Shown here in pieces: positions 37,600 through 52,249 of a stretch of 64,000 bases of DNA. Within the stretch, counting starts at the first letter, position 1, and the number at the start of each line of letters is the position of its first letter. The notes beneath the pieces are model-generated. The model searched no databases and had not been told where the DNA came from. It was given only the letters and a program-made list of their open reading frames with translations. Source of the DNA: Squalus acanthias (Eukaryota); contig CM059431.1 of the NCBI GenBank assembly GCA_030390025.1, positions 154,878,001-154,942,000 on the forward strand. Reading direction: 5' to 3'. A program made the translations under genes and the position numbers.

Positions 37600-39420
37600 C
37601 GGTTAGCTCTGTTACAGGCTTCGACTATTTGTTGATTAATCCTCTGCCCAACGGTATAGCTACTGTTAGGGAGCCTATACATTATTCCCACCAGTGTTTT
37701 CTGCCCCTTGTTATTTCTTATCTCCACCCATACTGATTCTATTTCCTGATCTTCCGAGCCAAGATCCTTTCTCTCTACTGCCCTTATCTCATCCTTTGTT
37801 ATCAGGTTTACACCCTCCCTTTCCTTTCTCCCTGTTTTTTTTCGAAACATCAAGTAACCGGGAGTAATTAGTACCCAACTCGGACACCATACAACTACGT
37901 CCCTCTAATGGCTATTAGATGAAAGCCATTTATCTGTATTTGTGCAACTAATTATTGTATCTTGTTTCGAATGCTTCGTACATTCAGATAAAGAGCTTTT
38001 AATTTTAACTTTTTACCATTATTCCCTGGTGTCACCGTATTTGCTGATGAACTATTACTGTTAAAATCAGTCTGTGCCTTCGTTTCACACTCTGCTTAAG
38101 TTTACCCAAATCGCTACACTGCTCCATTTTCTAAACTTTGATTTTTAGATTTTAATAATTTCCCTTACCTGACAGCTCTGCCTTTAGGTTTAGTGCCCCA
38201 TCTATAGCCCTAGTTATTCGATTCGCCAGGACACTGATTCCAGCCTGGTTTATGTAAAGCCTGTCCCAACGGAACAGCTCCCGCTTTCCACATTACTGTT
38301 GCCAGTTCCCCATGAATCAATACCGTTTCTCGCACACCAATCTTTGAGCCAGGCATTTAAATCTCTCATCTGCTTGTCCCAATGCCAATTTGCGCGTGGC
38401 TCAGGTAACAATTCGAAGAGTCTTACCTCTGATGTTCTGCATTTTAATTTGGAAACTAGCTCTACAAACTCTCTCAGCAGAACCTCATCCCTAGTTCAAC
38501 ATATGTCATTGGTTCTTACGTGGACACGGCCACTGGATCTTTCTCCTCCCAATGCATTTTTTACTTCAGGCGCGAGGAAATATCATTAACTCAGATAAAC
38601 AGCCTTCGGAAACTCCCGATCGTGGCTGCAGAGAACAGTATATATCCCAGTGACTATACAGTCCCATACCAATACAACATTCCTTTTCACTCTCCCCGCA
38701 CCCTTGAATGGTTTCCTGTACCACGGTGCCGTGGTCAGTTTGCTAATCAAACCTGCAGACTTCGCCCTTATCCGCACAGGCAGCAAGAAACTCGTACGTG
38801 TTGGATAAAGGCAAAGGCCGAGGCTCCTCCAGCAGCGGACCAGGAGACCCCGAACCTGCCTGAGTCGCAGTCACACCCTGCTGTTCCAGAACACTAACCA
38901 GACCTGTAACACTACCTAACCCAATAGATGTGACTGCTTCCTGCATCAGAGTGTCCAGTTAACTCCCCCTCCCTGATGCCCCGCAGTGTCTGCACCTCGC
39001 ACTTAAGCTCAACAAATCTGAGCTGAAGTTCCTCGAAATGCAGACACTTACTGTAGACGTCGTCATTCGGGATTGCAATATTCTCCACAAACTCCCACAT
39101 GCTGCAGTTGCGGCACACCACCTGCACCACATCTATATACATATTTGTTTTCTTTATTGAGTTAAATAAAGTTTATATATTTAATTAACTTAGCTTACAG
39201 TTTAGTTTTTAACTCATTTGTAGATCTGTTTCAATTTATAGGCAGATGAAATTAAATATTTACCTGTAACACAAAGCGCTCCACGTTTTGAAGGAAAAAG
39301 CAACAACTCTATCCCACACTGCGCCGAATTCCCACTCTCTCCAAATTCGCAACTTTAATACTCTGTTTGGAAGCATTCTATGTAAGATCACGCTGTGCAG
39401 ACCACTCTGTGCGTCAACAA
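37600..39420 (-). mobile_element. decayed CR1 5' half (5' UTR, ORF1, APE)
   Basis: ESVWVEIRNNKGQKTLVGIMYR; ORF1 N-terminus CRNCSMWE...KCLHFEELQLR. Confidence 0.8.
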
Positions 39421-39579
39421 ATATGGTTTACTTTTAAACACCTTGGACCCAAAACCAGATTAGAATTGCTATCTCAGCCCCCAGTTCACCCGAATTAGCA
39501 CCTATTCAAGACAAGCACGCACAGCTGCTCATTGACAGTTACCAGAAGTTTAGAAAATATTTCAAGTACTTGAATTTTA

Positions 39580-39900
39580 TTCGTTCTTGGGATGTGGACG
39601 TCACTGCCAAGTCTAGCATTTATTGCTCATCGCTAATTGGCCTTGAGAAGGTAGGAGTGAGCCGCCTTCTTGAACCGCAGCAGTCCGTGTGGTGAAGGTA
39701 CTCCCACAGTGCTGTTAGGTCGGGAGTTCAAGGATTTTGACACAGCGACGATGAAGAAACGGCGAGATATTTCCAAGTTACGATGGTGTGTAACTTGGAG
39801 GGGAACTTGCAGGTGATGGACTTCCCATGCTCCTGCTATCCTTGTCATTCACGGTGGAAGAGATCGCGGCTTTGGGAGGTGCTGCCGAAGAAGCCTCAGC
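39580..39900 (-). mobile_element. 3' end of tRNA/Deu-headed LINE family member
   Basis: Reverse complement resembles 63270-63590. Confidence 0.8.
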
Positions 39901-41179
39901 GAGATATATTCATAGAGTCATAACGGCACAGCAAGAGGCCATTCGGCCCAACGAGTCCGTGACGACTCTCTGCAGAGCAATCGCGTCAGACCCATTCCCC
40001 CGCTCTTTCCCCATAGCCCTGCAAGTTTATTTCCCTCAAGTGCCTATCCAGTCTCCCCTTGAAAACATTGAGTGTCTCCGCTTGCACCACTTCCGTTGGC
40101 AGCGAAATCCAGGTCATCACCACTCACTGCGTAAAAACGATGTTCCTCACATCCTCCTGTATCTCTTGGCCAAAACCTTAAATCTGTTCCCCCCTAGTCC
40201 TTGTACAATCAATTTATGGGAACAGCCTTTCCCCGTCTAGCCTATCTAGACCCATCATAATCGTGTACACCTCTATCAAATCATCCCTCAACCTCCGTTG
40301 CTCTAATGAAAACAAATTCAGCTTCTCCAACCTATCCTTGTAGCTAAGATCCCCCATCCCCGAAACCATTTTGGTAAATCTTCTCTGCACCCTCTCAAGG
40401 ACCTTCACATCCTTCCTAAAGTGTAGTGACGAGAACTGGACGCAATACTCCAGTTGTGGCTTAACCAGCGCTTTAAAAAGGTTCAGCATAACTTCACTAC
40501 TATTTTACTCAATACCTCTACTTATGAAGCCCACTATCGCATATGCTTTGTCAACCACTACCTCAATATGCCTGATACCTTCAGGGACCTATGCACATTA
40601 ACTCCTAGGTCCCTCTCTCCCTGCACATTCTTAAAATCTGCGCCATTAAGTGTATATTGCCTCTCCCTGTTCCTTCTGCCAAAATGCATCACCTCACACT
40701 TCTCTGTATTAAATTCCATCTGCCACTTTTCTGCCAATTCTGCCAGCCTTTCTATTTCCTGTAGCAGTCGATTGATAGCATTATCACTGTTTCCCACATC
40801 CCCAAGTTTGGTTTAATCGGTAAATGTAGAAATTTTACTCAGTATTCCAATATCCAGGTCATTTATATATATCAAAAAAAGCAGTAGCCCCAGCACTGAC
40901 CCTTTGGGAACACCATTATCTTCCATTCTCCAGTCTGACAAACAGTCATTTACCAAAACGCGCTCTTCTGTCTTTAAGTCAATTCATTTTACAAGCTGCA
41001 CTGACCCACCTATTCCATGAGCCTCAATTTTGCTATCCACCCTTCTATGTGATACTTTGTCAAACGCCTTCCGAAAATCCATGCAGACAACATCCATTGC
41101 ATTTCCTTCATCAATCTTCTCTATTACTACATCAAAAAATGCAATTAAGTTTATTCAAACACGATCTGCCTTTTCCAAA

Positions 41180-41318
41180 TACAAAAGCAAAATACTGCGG
41201 ATGCTGGAAATCCGAAATAACAACAGAAAACGCTGGAATAACTCAGCAGGTGAGGCAGCATCCGTGGAGAGAGATAGAGAGTTAACTTTTCAGGTCGCCG
41301 ACCTTTCGTCAGAACTTT
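41180..41318 (-). mobile_element. Penelope 3' remnant with mutated hammerhead, nested in CR1
   Basis: Near copy of 14243-14372; imperfect TSD ttttccaaa / ttttacaaa. Confidence 0.8.
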
Positions 41319-42218
41319 ATTTTACAAACCCTTGTTGACGGTCCTTAATTAGTTTAAACCTCTCCAAATGTCCGTTACTTTTAACGTTGATTATTGTTTC
41401 TAAAACTTTACCCACCACTGAAGTTAAACTGACCGGCCTGCAGTTACTAGCATTGTCCTTTACATTTTCCTGGACAATGGTGTCACATTTGCCACTTTCC
41501 AATCCTCAGGCACCTCCCCCGCATGGAAGAAAGATTGGAAAATTATGGCAAGTCCTTCCCCTATCTCCTCCCCCACATTCCTTAGCAACCTGGGATGCAA
41601 GCCATCTGGACCAGGCGACTTGCCAACTTTAAGCATACCCAGCCATTATAGTAAATCCTGTCTATCAATTTTCACCCCTTCCAATGCTTATACCTTTTCC
41701 ACTTCTACCGATATTTTTACAGCATCCATCTAATTAGTAAACACCGATACAAAGTACTCATTGAGTATTCTAGCCTTGCCCTGCGCCTCTAAGCATATAT
41801 CACCATCTTTGTCTCTAATAGGCCCCACCCCGCCTCTTACTTACCACTTACTGTTTACATGCCGGTAGAAGTGTTTGGGTTTCCTTTTATGTTAATCGCC
41901 ATTCTACTCTCATATTCTCTCTTTGATAATTTTATTTTCATCGTCACATCCCCTCTCAACCTACTGCAGTTGGTCTGGTTCTTCCTTGAAGAATTCATCT
42001 GAAATCCAACATAACCCGCTTTTTTTGTTCCATCATCATCTCTATCTTCCTCGTCATCCAAGGAGCCCTTGCCTGGTTACCCTTACCATTCCCTTGGAAT
42101 GTACCTAGCCTGTACTTGCACTATCACCTTCTTAAAGATCACCCATTGCTCCTTTACAATTTGTCATGTCAGTCTTTGTTTTCATTTTACCCTGGCTAGA
42201 TCCTTTAGCATCTCATTG

Positions 42219-43665
42219 TGTAATGGAATAGTCATCTTTCACATAATACATCATCCTATGAACAGATTTTGAGAATATTAATACATGATGGACTGAGTTA
42301 AAAAGTCTGGAAAGCCTCGGCGACACAGGCTGCAAACACAATACAGGCTTCTGAGATAAGGTGACGTGTTAACAAAAACTGTAAAACATCACAAGGTTTG
42401 AAATGTGAGATGGTTGTAAACACAAAAACAATGCCCCTATTGAAGCAAACCATTGGCGCTTCCAGAAGTTCTAGAGTTTGGGAGAAACACAATGGAATGA
42501 CTCAAGTCAAGAGTTATAAGCTAACCGTCAGGGACACAGAAACTTAGAACATTAAACACCCATATGCCTTCATAAAGTAACAGCTAATAAAACAGGAAAC
42601 ACGATTAAATATACAACCAATTGAGATAGCAAGAAAACAAGTAAACACCCTAAGAGAAGTGATTTCAATTTACAAGTTGTAAAATATACCTTCAGAAGAC
42701 TTTGAAGATATAATATCAATAGATGACACCAAGCAATTACATTGTGTTTGTACTGAGCATGGAAAAACACGGAGTCACGACGTCTGGCTTACAAGCAGTT
42801 AAGTGATATTAAGAATTCAAAAGAACGACTTCCTAAGAATGGCATTAAATAGATAAATCGATAATAACAATTTTATGATAGTTTTGGAACACCGACAGTT
42901 AGAGACAGAATTCTAAAAGTTGGCAGCAGAAATTACAGTAAGAATAGAAAATAATTCAATAGAGTATGACTAGAGATAATTAGTTTACATCAGCAGGAAA
43001 ATTCAAAGAATATACCACGAAAAAAGTGTATAAAAATAAGAGCTTTTCAGATGAAAAGTCAGAAGTCACTGGAAGGGCAAGTGTTTCTCAACTTACCAGG
43101 CACGCTCTGTCATTTTTGAACTCTGAGTCTCGGGTAATCAAGGTATTTGATTTTGGTGGATATTCTTGATTAAGAAATAAATAGAAGTTTGTATATTGTA
43201 ACGAAGTTAAGATTTGAGAATAAGGATCTCTGATAAGAAATGTAAGGTATTTGTATTTTGAATGGTTAAATTTGCGATTGCCACACCAGCTGTTAAATAA
43301 ATGTCGGTTCTTTAATGAATCTATATATTTTTAAAATTGTCTCACTGAGCATTCTGTAACAATCTCGCGAACTGAATTGCTGTACACTCTTCAGAGAGGA
43401 GTTGCAGAATTCTGGGGGGTTGTCCGGACCCTCATAATATCCGGAAGGTTACAGTCTAGTTAAACTTCTTAAAAGTGCTACCCGGAGGACGGTAACATCT
43501 TCAGGCCGTTCCTTTCCTTTAGTGAGAGATAGTCTGAACCTTTAGAGCCAATTAAGAGTCTCTAGGATTCGGCTACCGCTAACGTTAGTTGAAGGTGAAC
43601 GTCTGGGGAATACGCCTGATCTGGGGTAGCATGTAAAGGGCCACGATGCAGTAATTATCCCTTCA
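42219..43665. mobile_element. probable solo LTR (1447 bp)
   Basis: TG...CA termini; 4-bp TSD attg at 42215-42218 and 43666-43669; removing it rejoins the CR1; TATAAAA ~43029, AATAAA ~43176 and ~43296. Confidence 0.75.
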
Positions 43666-44650
43666 ATTGAAGTTAGCCATATTCCAGTTTAGGAGTTCCA
43701 CTCTAGATTGTAATTTGCTAATCTCCATTGCTAATCTAAATCTTATGATACGATGATCACTCGTACCCAAGTGTTCTCCCACAGACACTTGGTCGACCTG
43801 GCCCACCTCATTCCCCAGCACAAGATCCAGCAATACCTGCTGCCTAGTTGGGCCAAGAACATTTTGATCAAGAAAGCTCTCTTGAACACATTTCAGAAAT
43901 TCCTCCCCCTGCATTCCATTTACCCTACCATTATCCCAATCGATATTGATATCACCACTCTTTCGCTCTTGCATATCTCTGCGATTTCCCTGCAGATTTG
44001 CTCCTCTACCTCCCTCTCACTATTTGCAGGCTTATAGAATACGCCCAATAGCGTGATTATCCCCTTTTTGCTCCTCAACTCTAACCAAATGGATTATGAC
44101 CTTGTCCCCTCGAGAACATGCTCCTTTCACAACGCTTCCTTAATCACCACTTCCACCCCACCTCCCTTTTTTCCTTCCCTATCTTTTCTGAACACCTAGT
44201 ACCATTGAATATTAAGTGCCCAGTCCTCACCGTTTTAAAGCAACGTTTCCGTTATTTCCACAACATCATATTGCCACACAGGTAATTGTGCTTGTAGCTC
44301 AGCAACCTTATTCACCACCCTTTGTGCGTTTATGTACATTCATCCTAAACACATTTTTGAATTTTTCGTAATCTTTCTTAGTCTGCTCCTAACTAATATG
44401 TTACTACTAACGCCTCTGGTACTATCTTTAGTACTATCCAACACACTCACTCTTTTATGCACCCTATTCCACTTTCTACTACTATATGCTGCTGCAGAAT
44501 GCCCCAGCCAAGTTAGTTTAATCCCTCCCCAACAGCACTAGCAAACCTCCCCGTGAGAATATTGATCCGGCTCTGTTGAAGTATAACCAGTCCGGCTATT
44601 ACAGGTACCACCTTCCCCAGAAATGGTCCCAATGCCTCAGGAATCTAAAG

Positions 44651-45085
44651 AGCAACACGGTGGCATAGTGGTTAGCACTGGTGCCTCACAACGCCAGAAA
44701 CCCGGGTTCGAATCTGACCTCGGGTGACTGTCTGTGTGGAGTTTGCACATTCTCCCTGTGTCTGCGTGGGTTTCCTCCGGGTGCTCCGGTTTCCTCCCAC
44801 AGTCCAAAAATGTGTGGGTTAGGTTGTTTTGGCTATGATAAATTGACCCTTAGTGTTAGGGGGGATTAAATATGTGGGGTTATGGGGATAGGATGGGATA
44901 TGTTAGGGGGAATTAAATACGTGGGGTTACGGGGGTAAGGTGGGATATGTGTACTGTGGGGATTAAAGCAGGGACAGGGTACTGGATTTGGATGATCAGC
45001 CATGATCGTATTGAATGGCGGAGCAGGCTCGACGGGCCGAATGGCCTACTCCTGCTCCTAGATTCTATGCTTCTATGTTTCTATG
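44651..45085 (+). mobile_element. HE1-like V-SINE
   Basis: A-box tggcatagtgg, B-box gggttcgaatc, V-domain gtgtggagtttgcacattctccc...ggtttcctcccaca, CR1 tail, TSD taaag. Confidence 0.9.
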
Positions 45086-46587
45086 TAAAGCCCTCCCTCC
45101 TGCACCATCTCTCCAGCCACGCGTTCATCTGTTCTTTCCTCCTTTTCCTGTACTCACTAGCACATGGCACCGGGAGTAATCCGGAGATTACTAGCTTTGA
45201 GGTCCTGCTTTTTAATCTCTCTCCTAGCTCCCTAAACTCTGCCTGCATGACCTCATCCCTCTTTCTGCAAATGTCGTTGGTACCGATATGGACAACGACC
45301 TTTGGCTGTTCACCCTCCCCCCATAGATTGTCCTGCAGCCGGTCAGTGACATCCTTGACTCTGGCACCAGGGAGGCAAAATACCATCCTGGCGTCACGTC
45401 TATGGAGAAATGCCACACTGTTCCCCTAACTATCGAAACCCCTACCACTATTTCTCTTCCGGTATTTTTCCTACCACCGTGACTCTGAGCCACCCGTGGT
45501 GCCGCGGACTTGACACTGACTGCACTCCCCAGAGGAACTATCGCTGTCACCACTACTCAGAAATTAATACTGGTTTTAGAGTGCGATGAACTCTGGGGTC
45601 GCATGCACTACCTGCCTGGTCCTCCTCTTCTGTCTGGCGATCACCCATTCCCTCTCGTCCTGCATATTCTTAAGCTGCGGGGTGACCACCTCCGGAAACG
45701 TGCTATCCACGTAACTCTCAACCTTGCGGATGCACTGCAGTGATTCCAGCAGCCAATCAATCTCCGAAACACGGCGCTCGTGTTGCTGTTGCTGTTGACT
45801 CATCCCGCACATGTGATCTATCATGCTAAGCGAAGTGTCCAGGACTTCCCAGATGGCACAGGATGCGGAATCCACTGGACTGAGCTGCCCTTCCCTGCCT
45901 CAATTTAACAGATGAATAACTAACCCAGCAGAAATAAATTTAAATGTTAACAAAAAAAAATCCCCAGCTACTCACCAATCAGCACTTTCCCTTAACTTAA
46001 TATACTATTAACGAACTTAGCATAAATAAACTTAAAAACTTTAAAAAAATGCATTCACCAGTGAATCAACAATCAGCTCCTTCCGTGTATTAATTTCCAG
46101 CTGCCACTTGTCTGCCCGTTCTGCTACCCTTTCTATGTCCTGTTGCAGTCGAATGGTATCATCGTCACTGTATGCCACACCCCCACGTTTGGTGTAATAG
46201 CCACATTTAGAAATCCAACTTTTGAGGAACTCAACATATGTTAACCAAATTTTCCATAAGGGAAGGCGGTAAGCTGCAATTGTCTCTTAAAGAAGCATGT
46301 CAAATGCTCAGCACTCTCCCTGAAGTGTTAAAGGAATTATCCAGGCAACAAAGAAAACCTGTCATTTAGCATTATACAATTTTAGACCAAATACATTTAT
46401 GTTAATACAAAAATAGTATCTGCTATGCAAGTGTAAAACTGTTCAAATATCAATAATACAACCTGTATACAAGTTGCCAGATTCTGTGCTCAGCTGATCA
46501 TAAAAACTTGTTTTTTTAGTCCAATAAGTAATTATGATCACAACAGAGAGGAAAATGAAGGATATGTACAAGACACTCATTGCGAAT

Positions 46588-49500
46588 TAAATCTGCCGTC
46601 CTTACCTGGTCTGGCCTATATGTGACTTCAGACCCAATGTGATTGATTCCTAGCTGCCCTTTCCAATGGCCTAGCAAGCCATGCAGTTGCAAACAACCGC
46701 GACGGTACACAATATACTGAATAAACGTGGACGGACCACCGCCACCGACCTCGGCACCGACTACGGTCGCGACAACGGCACACCCAGTCCAGTGGACCCG
46801 GCAAAGTCCTCCTCACCAACTTCTAGGGACTTGTGCCAAAATTGGGAGAGATGTCCCACAGACTATTCAAGAAAGAGCCTGACATAGTCATACTCACATA
46901 ATTATTCCTTTAAGCCAATGTCCCAAACTCCTCCATCACCATCCCTGGGAATGTCCTGTCCCATCGGCAGGACAGTCCCACCAGGGGTGGCGGCACAGTG
47001 ATATACAGTCCGGAAGGTGTGGCTCTGGTTGTTTTCAACATTTACTCCAGACTCCATGTAGTTTCATGGCTTCAGGTCAAGCATGGGCAAGGACACCTCC
47101 TGCTGATTACAACCTACCGCCCTCCCCCAGCCGATGAACCAGTACTTCTTCATGTTGAACACCACTTGGAAGAAGTAATGAGGGTAGCAAAGGCACAGAA
47201 TGTCCTTTGGGTGGGGGACTTCAATGTCCATCACAAAGAGAGGCTCGGTAGCGCCACTACTGACCGAGCTTGTCCGAGACCTGGAGGACGGAGCAACCAG
47301 TCTGGGCCTAAGACAGATATTGAGAGAACCAACACGAGGGAAAAACCTTCTTGACCTCGTCCTCACCAATCTACCTGTCGCAGATGCATCTGTCCATGAC
47401 AGCATTGTTAGCAGTGACCACCGCACAATCATTTTGGATACGAAGTCCCGTTTTCACGCTGAAGGTACCCTCCATCGTGTTCTGTGTCACTACCACCGTG
47501 CTAAATGGGATAGATTCGGAACAGATCTAGCAGCTCCAAACTGGTCATCCATGAGGCGCTGCGAGCCATCAGCAGCAGCACAATTGTATTCCACCACAAT
47601 CTGTAACCTCATGGCCCGGCATATCCCTTCCTCTAACATTACCATCAAGCCAGGGGACGAACACTGTTTCAGTAAGGAGTGTAGAAGTGCATGCCAGGAG
47701 CAGCACCAGACGTACCTAAAAATGAGGTGCCAAATGTGGGGAAGCTGCAGCACAGGAATACATGCATGTGAAAAAGGGGAAGCAGCATGCTATAGACAGG
47801 ACTGAGCGATCCCAAAATCAACGGATCAGATCACACCTCTGCAGTCCTCTTACATCCAATCGTGAATGGTGGTGGACCATTAAACAACTACTGGGAGGCG
47901 GAGGCTCCATGAATATCCCCATCCTCAATGATGGTTGTGCCCAGCACGTGAGTACAAAAGACAAGGCTGAAGCGTTTCGAACCATCATCAGCCAGAAGTG
48001 CCGAGTGTATGATTCATATCGGCCTACTCCTGATGTCCCCGCCATCACAAGCCATTTTTCAGCCAATTCGATTCACTTCACGTGATATCAAGAAATGGTT
48101 TAGCGCACTGGATACAACACAAGCTATGGGCCCCGACAACATCCCGGCTATCGTGCTGAAGACTTGTGCTTCAGGACCAGCCTTGCCTCTAGCCAAGCTA
48201 TTCCAGTACAGCTACAACACTGGCATCTATCCGACAACGTGGAAAACCGCCCAATTACCGCCCCATCAATCTACTCTCAATCATCGACAAAATGATGTTA
48301 GGTGTAATTAACAGTGCTATCAAGCGGCACTTACTCACCAATAAACTGTTCAATGATGCCCAGTTTCTGTTACGCAAAGACCACTCAGCTCCCGATCTCA
48401 TTACAGCCTAGGTCCCACCATGGACAAAGGGGCAGAATTCAAGCGGTGAGGTGAGAGTGTCTGCCCTTGACATCAAGGCAGTAATTGGCCGGGTGTGGCA
48501 TCAAGGAGCCCTAGTAAAACAGAAGTCAAAGGAAATCGAGGGGAAAACTCTCCACTGGCTGGAATCATACCTAGCACAAAGAAAGGTGGGTATGGTGGTT
48601 GAAGGTCAATCACCGCAGCCCCAGGACATCGCAGCAGGAGTTCCTCAGGTTAGTGTCCTAGGCCCAATCATCTTCAGCTGCTTCATCAATGATCTTCTCA
48701 CCAACATAACGTCAGAAATGGGGATGTTCGCTGATGACTGCAAAGGGTTTAGCACCATTCAGAACTCCTCGGATAAAGAAGCAGTCCATGCCCGCATGCA
48801 ACAAGACCTGGACGACGTTCAGGTTTGGGCTGATAAGTGGCAGATAACATTCACGCCGCACAAGTGCCAGGCAAATGAACATCACCAACAAACGAAATTC
48901 TAACCACCTCCGCTTTTTTCAAGGCTGGGAACTGAACATCCAGGGGTATTCAACATTCAGAAAGGATAGAATAAAAGGAAAAGGGGTGGGGTAGCATTGC
49001 TGGTTAAAGAGGAGATTAATGCAATAGCTAGGAAGGACATCAGCTTGGAGGATGTGGAATCAATATGGGTTCAGCTGCAGAACACCAAAGGGCAGAAAAC
49101 GTTAGTGGGAGTTGTGTACAGACCTGCAAACAGCAGTAGTGAGGTGGGGGAGGGTATGAAACAGGAAATCAGAGGTGCGTGCAAAAAAGGCACGGCAGTT
49201 ATCATGGGTGACTTTAATATGCATATAGATTGGGCTACTCAAACTGGAAGCAATACAGTGGAGGAGGATTTCCTGGAGTGTTTAAGGGATGGTTTCCTAA
49301 ACCAATATGTTGAGGAACCAACTCGAGGGGAGGCCATCCTGGACTGGGTGTTGTGTAATGAGGAAGGACTAATCAGCAATCTTGTGGTACAAGGCCCCCT
49401 GGGGAAGAGTGACCATAGTATGGTGGAGTTCTCCATTAGGATGGAGAAGGAAACAGTTAAGTCAGAGACCATGGTCCAGAACTTAAATAAGGCAAACTTT

Positions 49501-52245
49501 GAGGGTATGAGGCGTGAATTGGCGAGGTTAAATTGGCAAGCGATATTTAAGGGGCTATCAGTGGAAGGGCAATGTCAGACATTTAGAGATCGCATGGATG
49601 AACTACAACAATTGTACATCCCGGTCTGGCATAAAAATAAAAAAGGGAAGGTGGCTCAACCATGGCTAACAAGGGAAATCAGCGATAGTATTAAAACCAA
49701 GGAAGTTGCATACAAATTGGCCAGAAGTAGCAGCAAGCCCGGGGACAGGGAGAACTTCAAAACTCAGCAGAGGAGGACGATGGGTTTGATTAGGCAGGGA
49801 AAATAAAATATGAAAGGAAGCTTGCAGAGAACATTAAAATGGAATGCAAAAGCTTCTATAAATATGTAAAAAGAAAGAGGTTAGTAAAAACAAACGTAGG
49901 TCCCCTGCAGTCGGAAACAGGGGAAGTCGTAATGGGGAACAAGGAAATGGCTGATCAATTGAACAAGTACTTTGGTTCGGTGTTTACTGTGGAGGACACA
50001 CACAACCTGCCGGAAATAAAAGGGGTCAGAGGATCTGGTAAGAGGGAGGAGCTGAGGGAAATCCTTATTACTCGGGAAAAGGTATTGGGGAAATTGATGG
50101 GACTGAAGGCTGAAAAATCCCCGGAGCCTGATGGTCTGCATCCCAGAGTACTTAAGGAGGTGGCCTTGGAAATAGTGGATGCATTGACGATCATTTTCCA
50201 ACAATCATTAGACTCTGGATCAGTTCCGATGGAGTGGAGGGTGGCCAATGTAACCCCTCTTTTTAAAAAAGGAGGGAGGGAGAAACCAGGGAATTATAGA
50301 CCGGTCAGCCTGACATCGGTCGTGGGTAAAGTGATGGAAGCAATTATTAAAGATGTCATAACAGACCATTTGGAAAGTGGCGACATGATAGGTCCAAGTC
50401 AGCATGGATATGTGAAAGAGAAATCATGCTTGACAAATCTTTTGGAATTTTTTGAGGATGTTTCCAATAGGGTGGACAGGGGGGAACCAGTAGATGTGGT
50501 GTATTTGGACTTTCAGAAGGCCTTCGACAAGGTCCCACACAAGAGATTGGTGAGCAAAGTTAAAGCACATGGGATTGGGGGTAATGTGTTGACGTGGATT
50601 GAGAACTGGTTGGCACACAGGAAACAAAGCGTAGGAGTAAATGGGTACTTTTCAGAATGGCAGGCAGTGACCAGCGGGGTACCGCAGGGTTCGGTGCTGG
50701 AACCCCAGCTGTTTACATTATATATTAATGATTTGGACGAAGAGATGAAATGTAATATCTCCAAATTTGCTGATGACACTAAATTGGGAGGCAGTGTGAA
50801 TAATGAGGAGGATGCTAGGAGGCTACAGAGTGACTTGGACAGGTTGGGTGAATGGGCAAATGTATTGCAGATGAATTACAATGTGGATAAATGTGAGGTT
50901 ATCCACTTTGGTGGTAAAAATAGAGAGGCGGACTATTACCTGAATGGTGGCAGATTAGGGAAAGGGGAGGTGCAACGAGACCTGGTCTCCTAACTTAAGG
51001 AAGGACATTCTTGCTATTGGGGGAGCGCAGCGAAGGTTCACTAGATTGATTCCAGGGATGGCCGGTCTGACATATCAAGAAAGGTTGGGTCAACTGAACT
51101 TGTATCCACTGGAGTTCAGAAGAATGAGGGGGGATCTTATAGAGACATTTAAAATCCTGACTAGTTTAGACAAATTAGATGCGGGCAGAATGTTCCCAAT
51201 GTTAGGGAAAACTAGAACCAGGGGTCACAGTCTAAGGATTAAGGGGAAGCCATTTAAGACTGAGCTGAGAAGGAACTTCTTCACCCAGAGAGTGGTGAAT
51301 CTATGGAATTCTCTACCACAGAAGGTTGTTGAGGCCAGTTCGCTAAATATATTCAAAAGGGAGTTAGATATAACACTCACAACTAGGGGGATCAAGGTGT
51401 ATGGCGAGAAAGCAGGAATGGGGTACTAAGGTAGCATGTCCAGCCATGAACGCATTGATTGGCGGTGCAGGCTCGAAGGACCGAATGGTCTACTCCTGTA
51501 CCTATTTTCTATGTTTCTATGTTTCTATGTAATTCAACGGCATTACAATCGCCGAATCCCACAACATCAGCATCCTGGGGGTCACCATTGACCAGAAATT
51601 TAAGTGGATCAGTCAAAAAAATATTGAGGCAACAAGAGCAGTTTAGAACCTAGATATTCTGCGGCGAGTGTCCCACCGCGTGACTCCAGAAATCCTTTCC
51701 TCCATCTCCAAGGGACAAGTAAGGAGTGTGAAGGAATACTCTCCACTTGACTGGATGTGTGCAGCTCCAGCAACACTCAAGAAGCTCGACACCATCCAGG
51801 ACTTAGCAGGCCGCTTGATTGGCATCCTTTCGACCACCTTAAACATTCACTCCTTCCATCAGCGGAGTACCGTGGCTCCACTGTGTACGATCTACAAGAT
51901 GCATTGCAGAAACTCGCCAAGGCTTATTCGACAGCACCTCCCAAACCCGCAAAGTCTTCCACGTAGAAGGACAAGGGCAGCAGACGCATGGGAACACCAC
52001 CACCTCCAAATTCCCCTCCAAATCACACACCATCCTGACTTGGAAGTATATCGCCGATCCTTCAATGTTGCTGATTCAAAATCCTGGAAATCCCTCTCTA
52101 ACAGCACTGTGGGCGTACCTTCACCACCAGGACTGCAGCCGGTCAGGAAGGCGGCTCACCACCACATTCGTAAGGGCAATTAGGGATGGGCAATAAATGC
52201 TGGCCTTGCCAGCGATGCTCACATCCCATAAACGAATAAATACAA
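46588..52245 (+). mobile_element. tRNA/Deu-headed LINE copy (head truncated), split by a nested CR1
   Basis: Deu end 46588-46690, APE (TTYRPP, VGDFN, SDH), RT (MFADD) to 48915, resumes 51533-52245; collinear with 60585-63606. Confidence 0.88.
48923..51532 (+). mobile_element. 5'-truncated CR1 LINE nested in Deu-LINE
   Basis: ORFs 48997-49806, 49839-50993, 51046-51429; internal deletion near 50985; (TTTCTATG)n tail; possible TSD ttcaa. Confidence 0.92.
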
Positions 52246-52249
52246 AAAA

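Larger units (their letters stand above)
39910..46080 (-). mobile_element. old near full-length CR1 interrupted by Penelope, solo LTR and SINE
   Basis: Collinear RT (40214-41500), APE (43663-44340) and ORF1 (45081-45875) remnants. Confidence 0.85.

Noticed and set aside
44655..44725. tRNA gene-like A/B boxes (also at 60364 and 28900)
   Set aside because: These are SINE/LINE heads; no full cloverleaf
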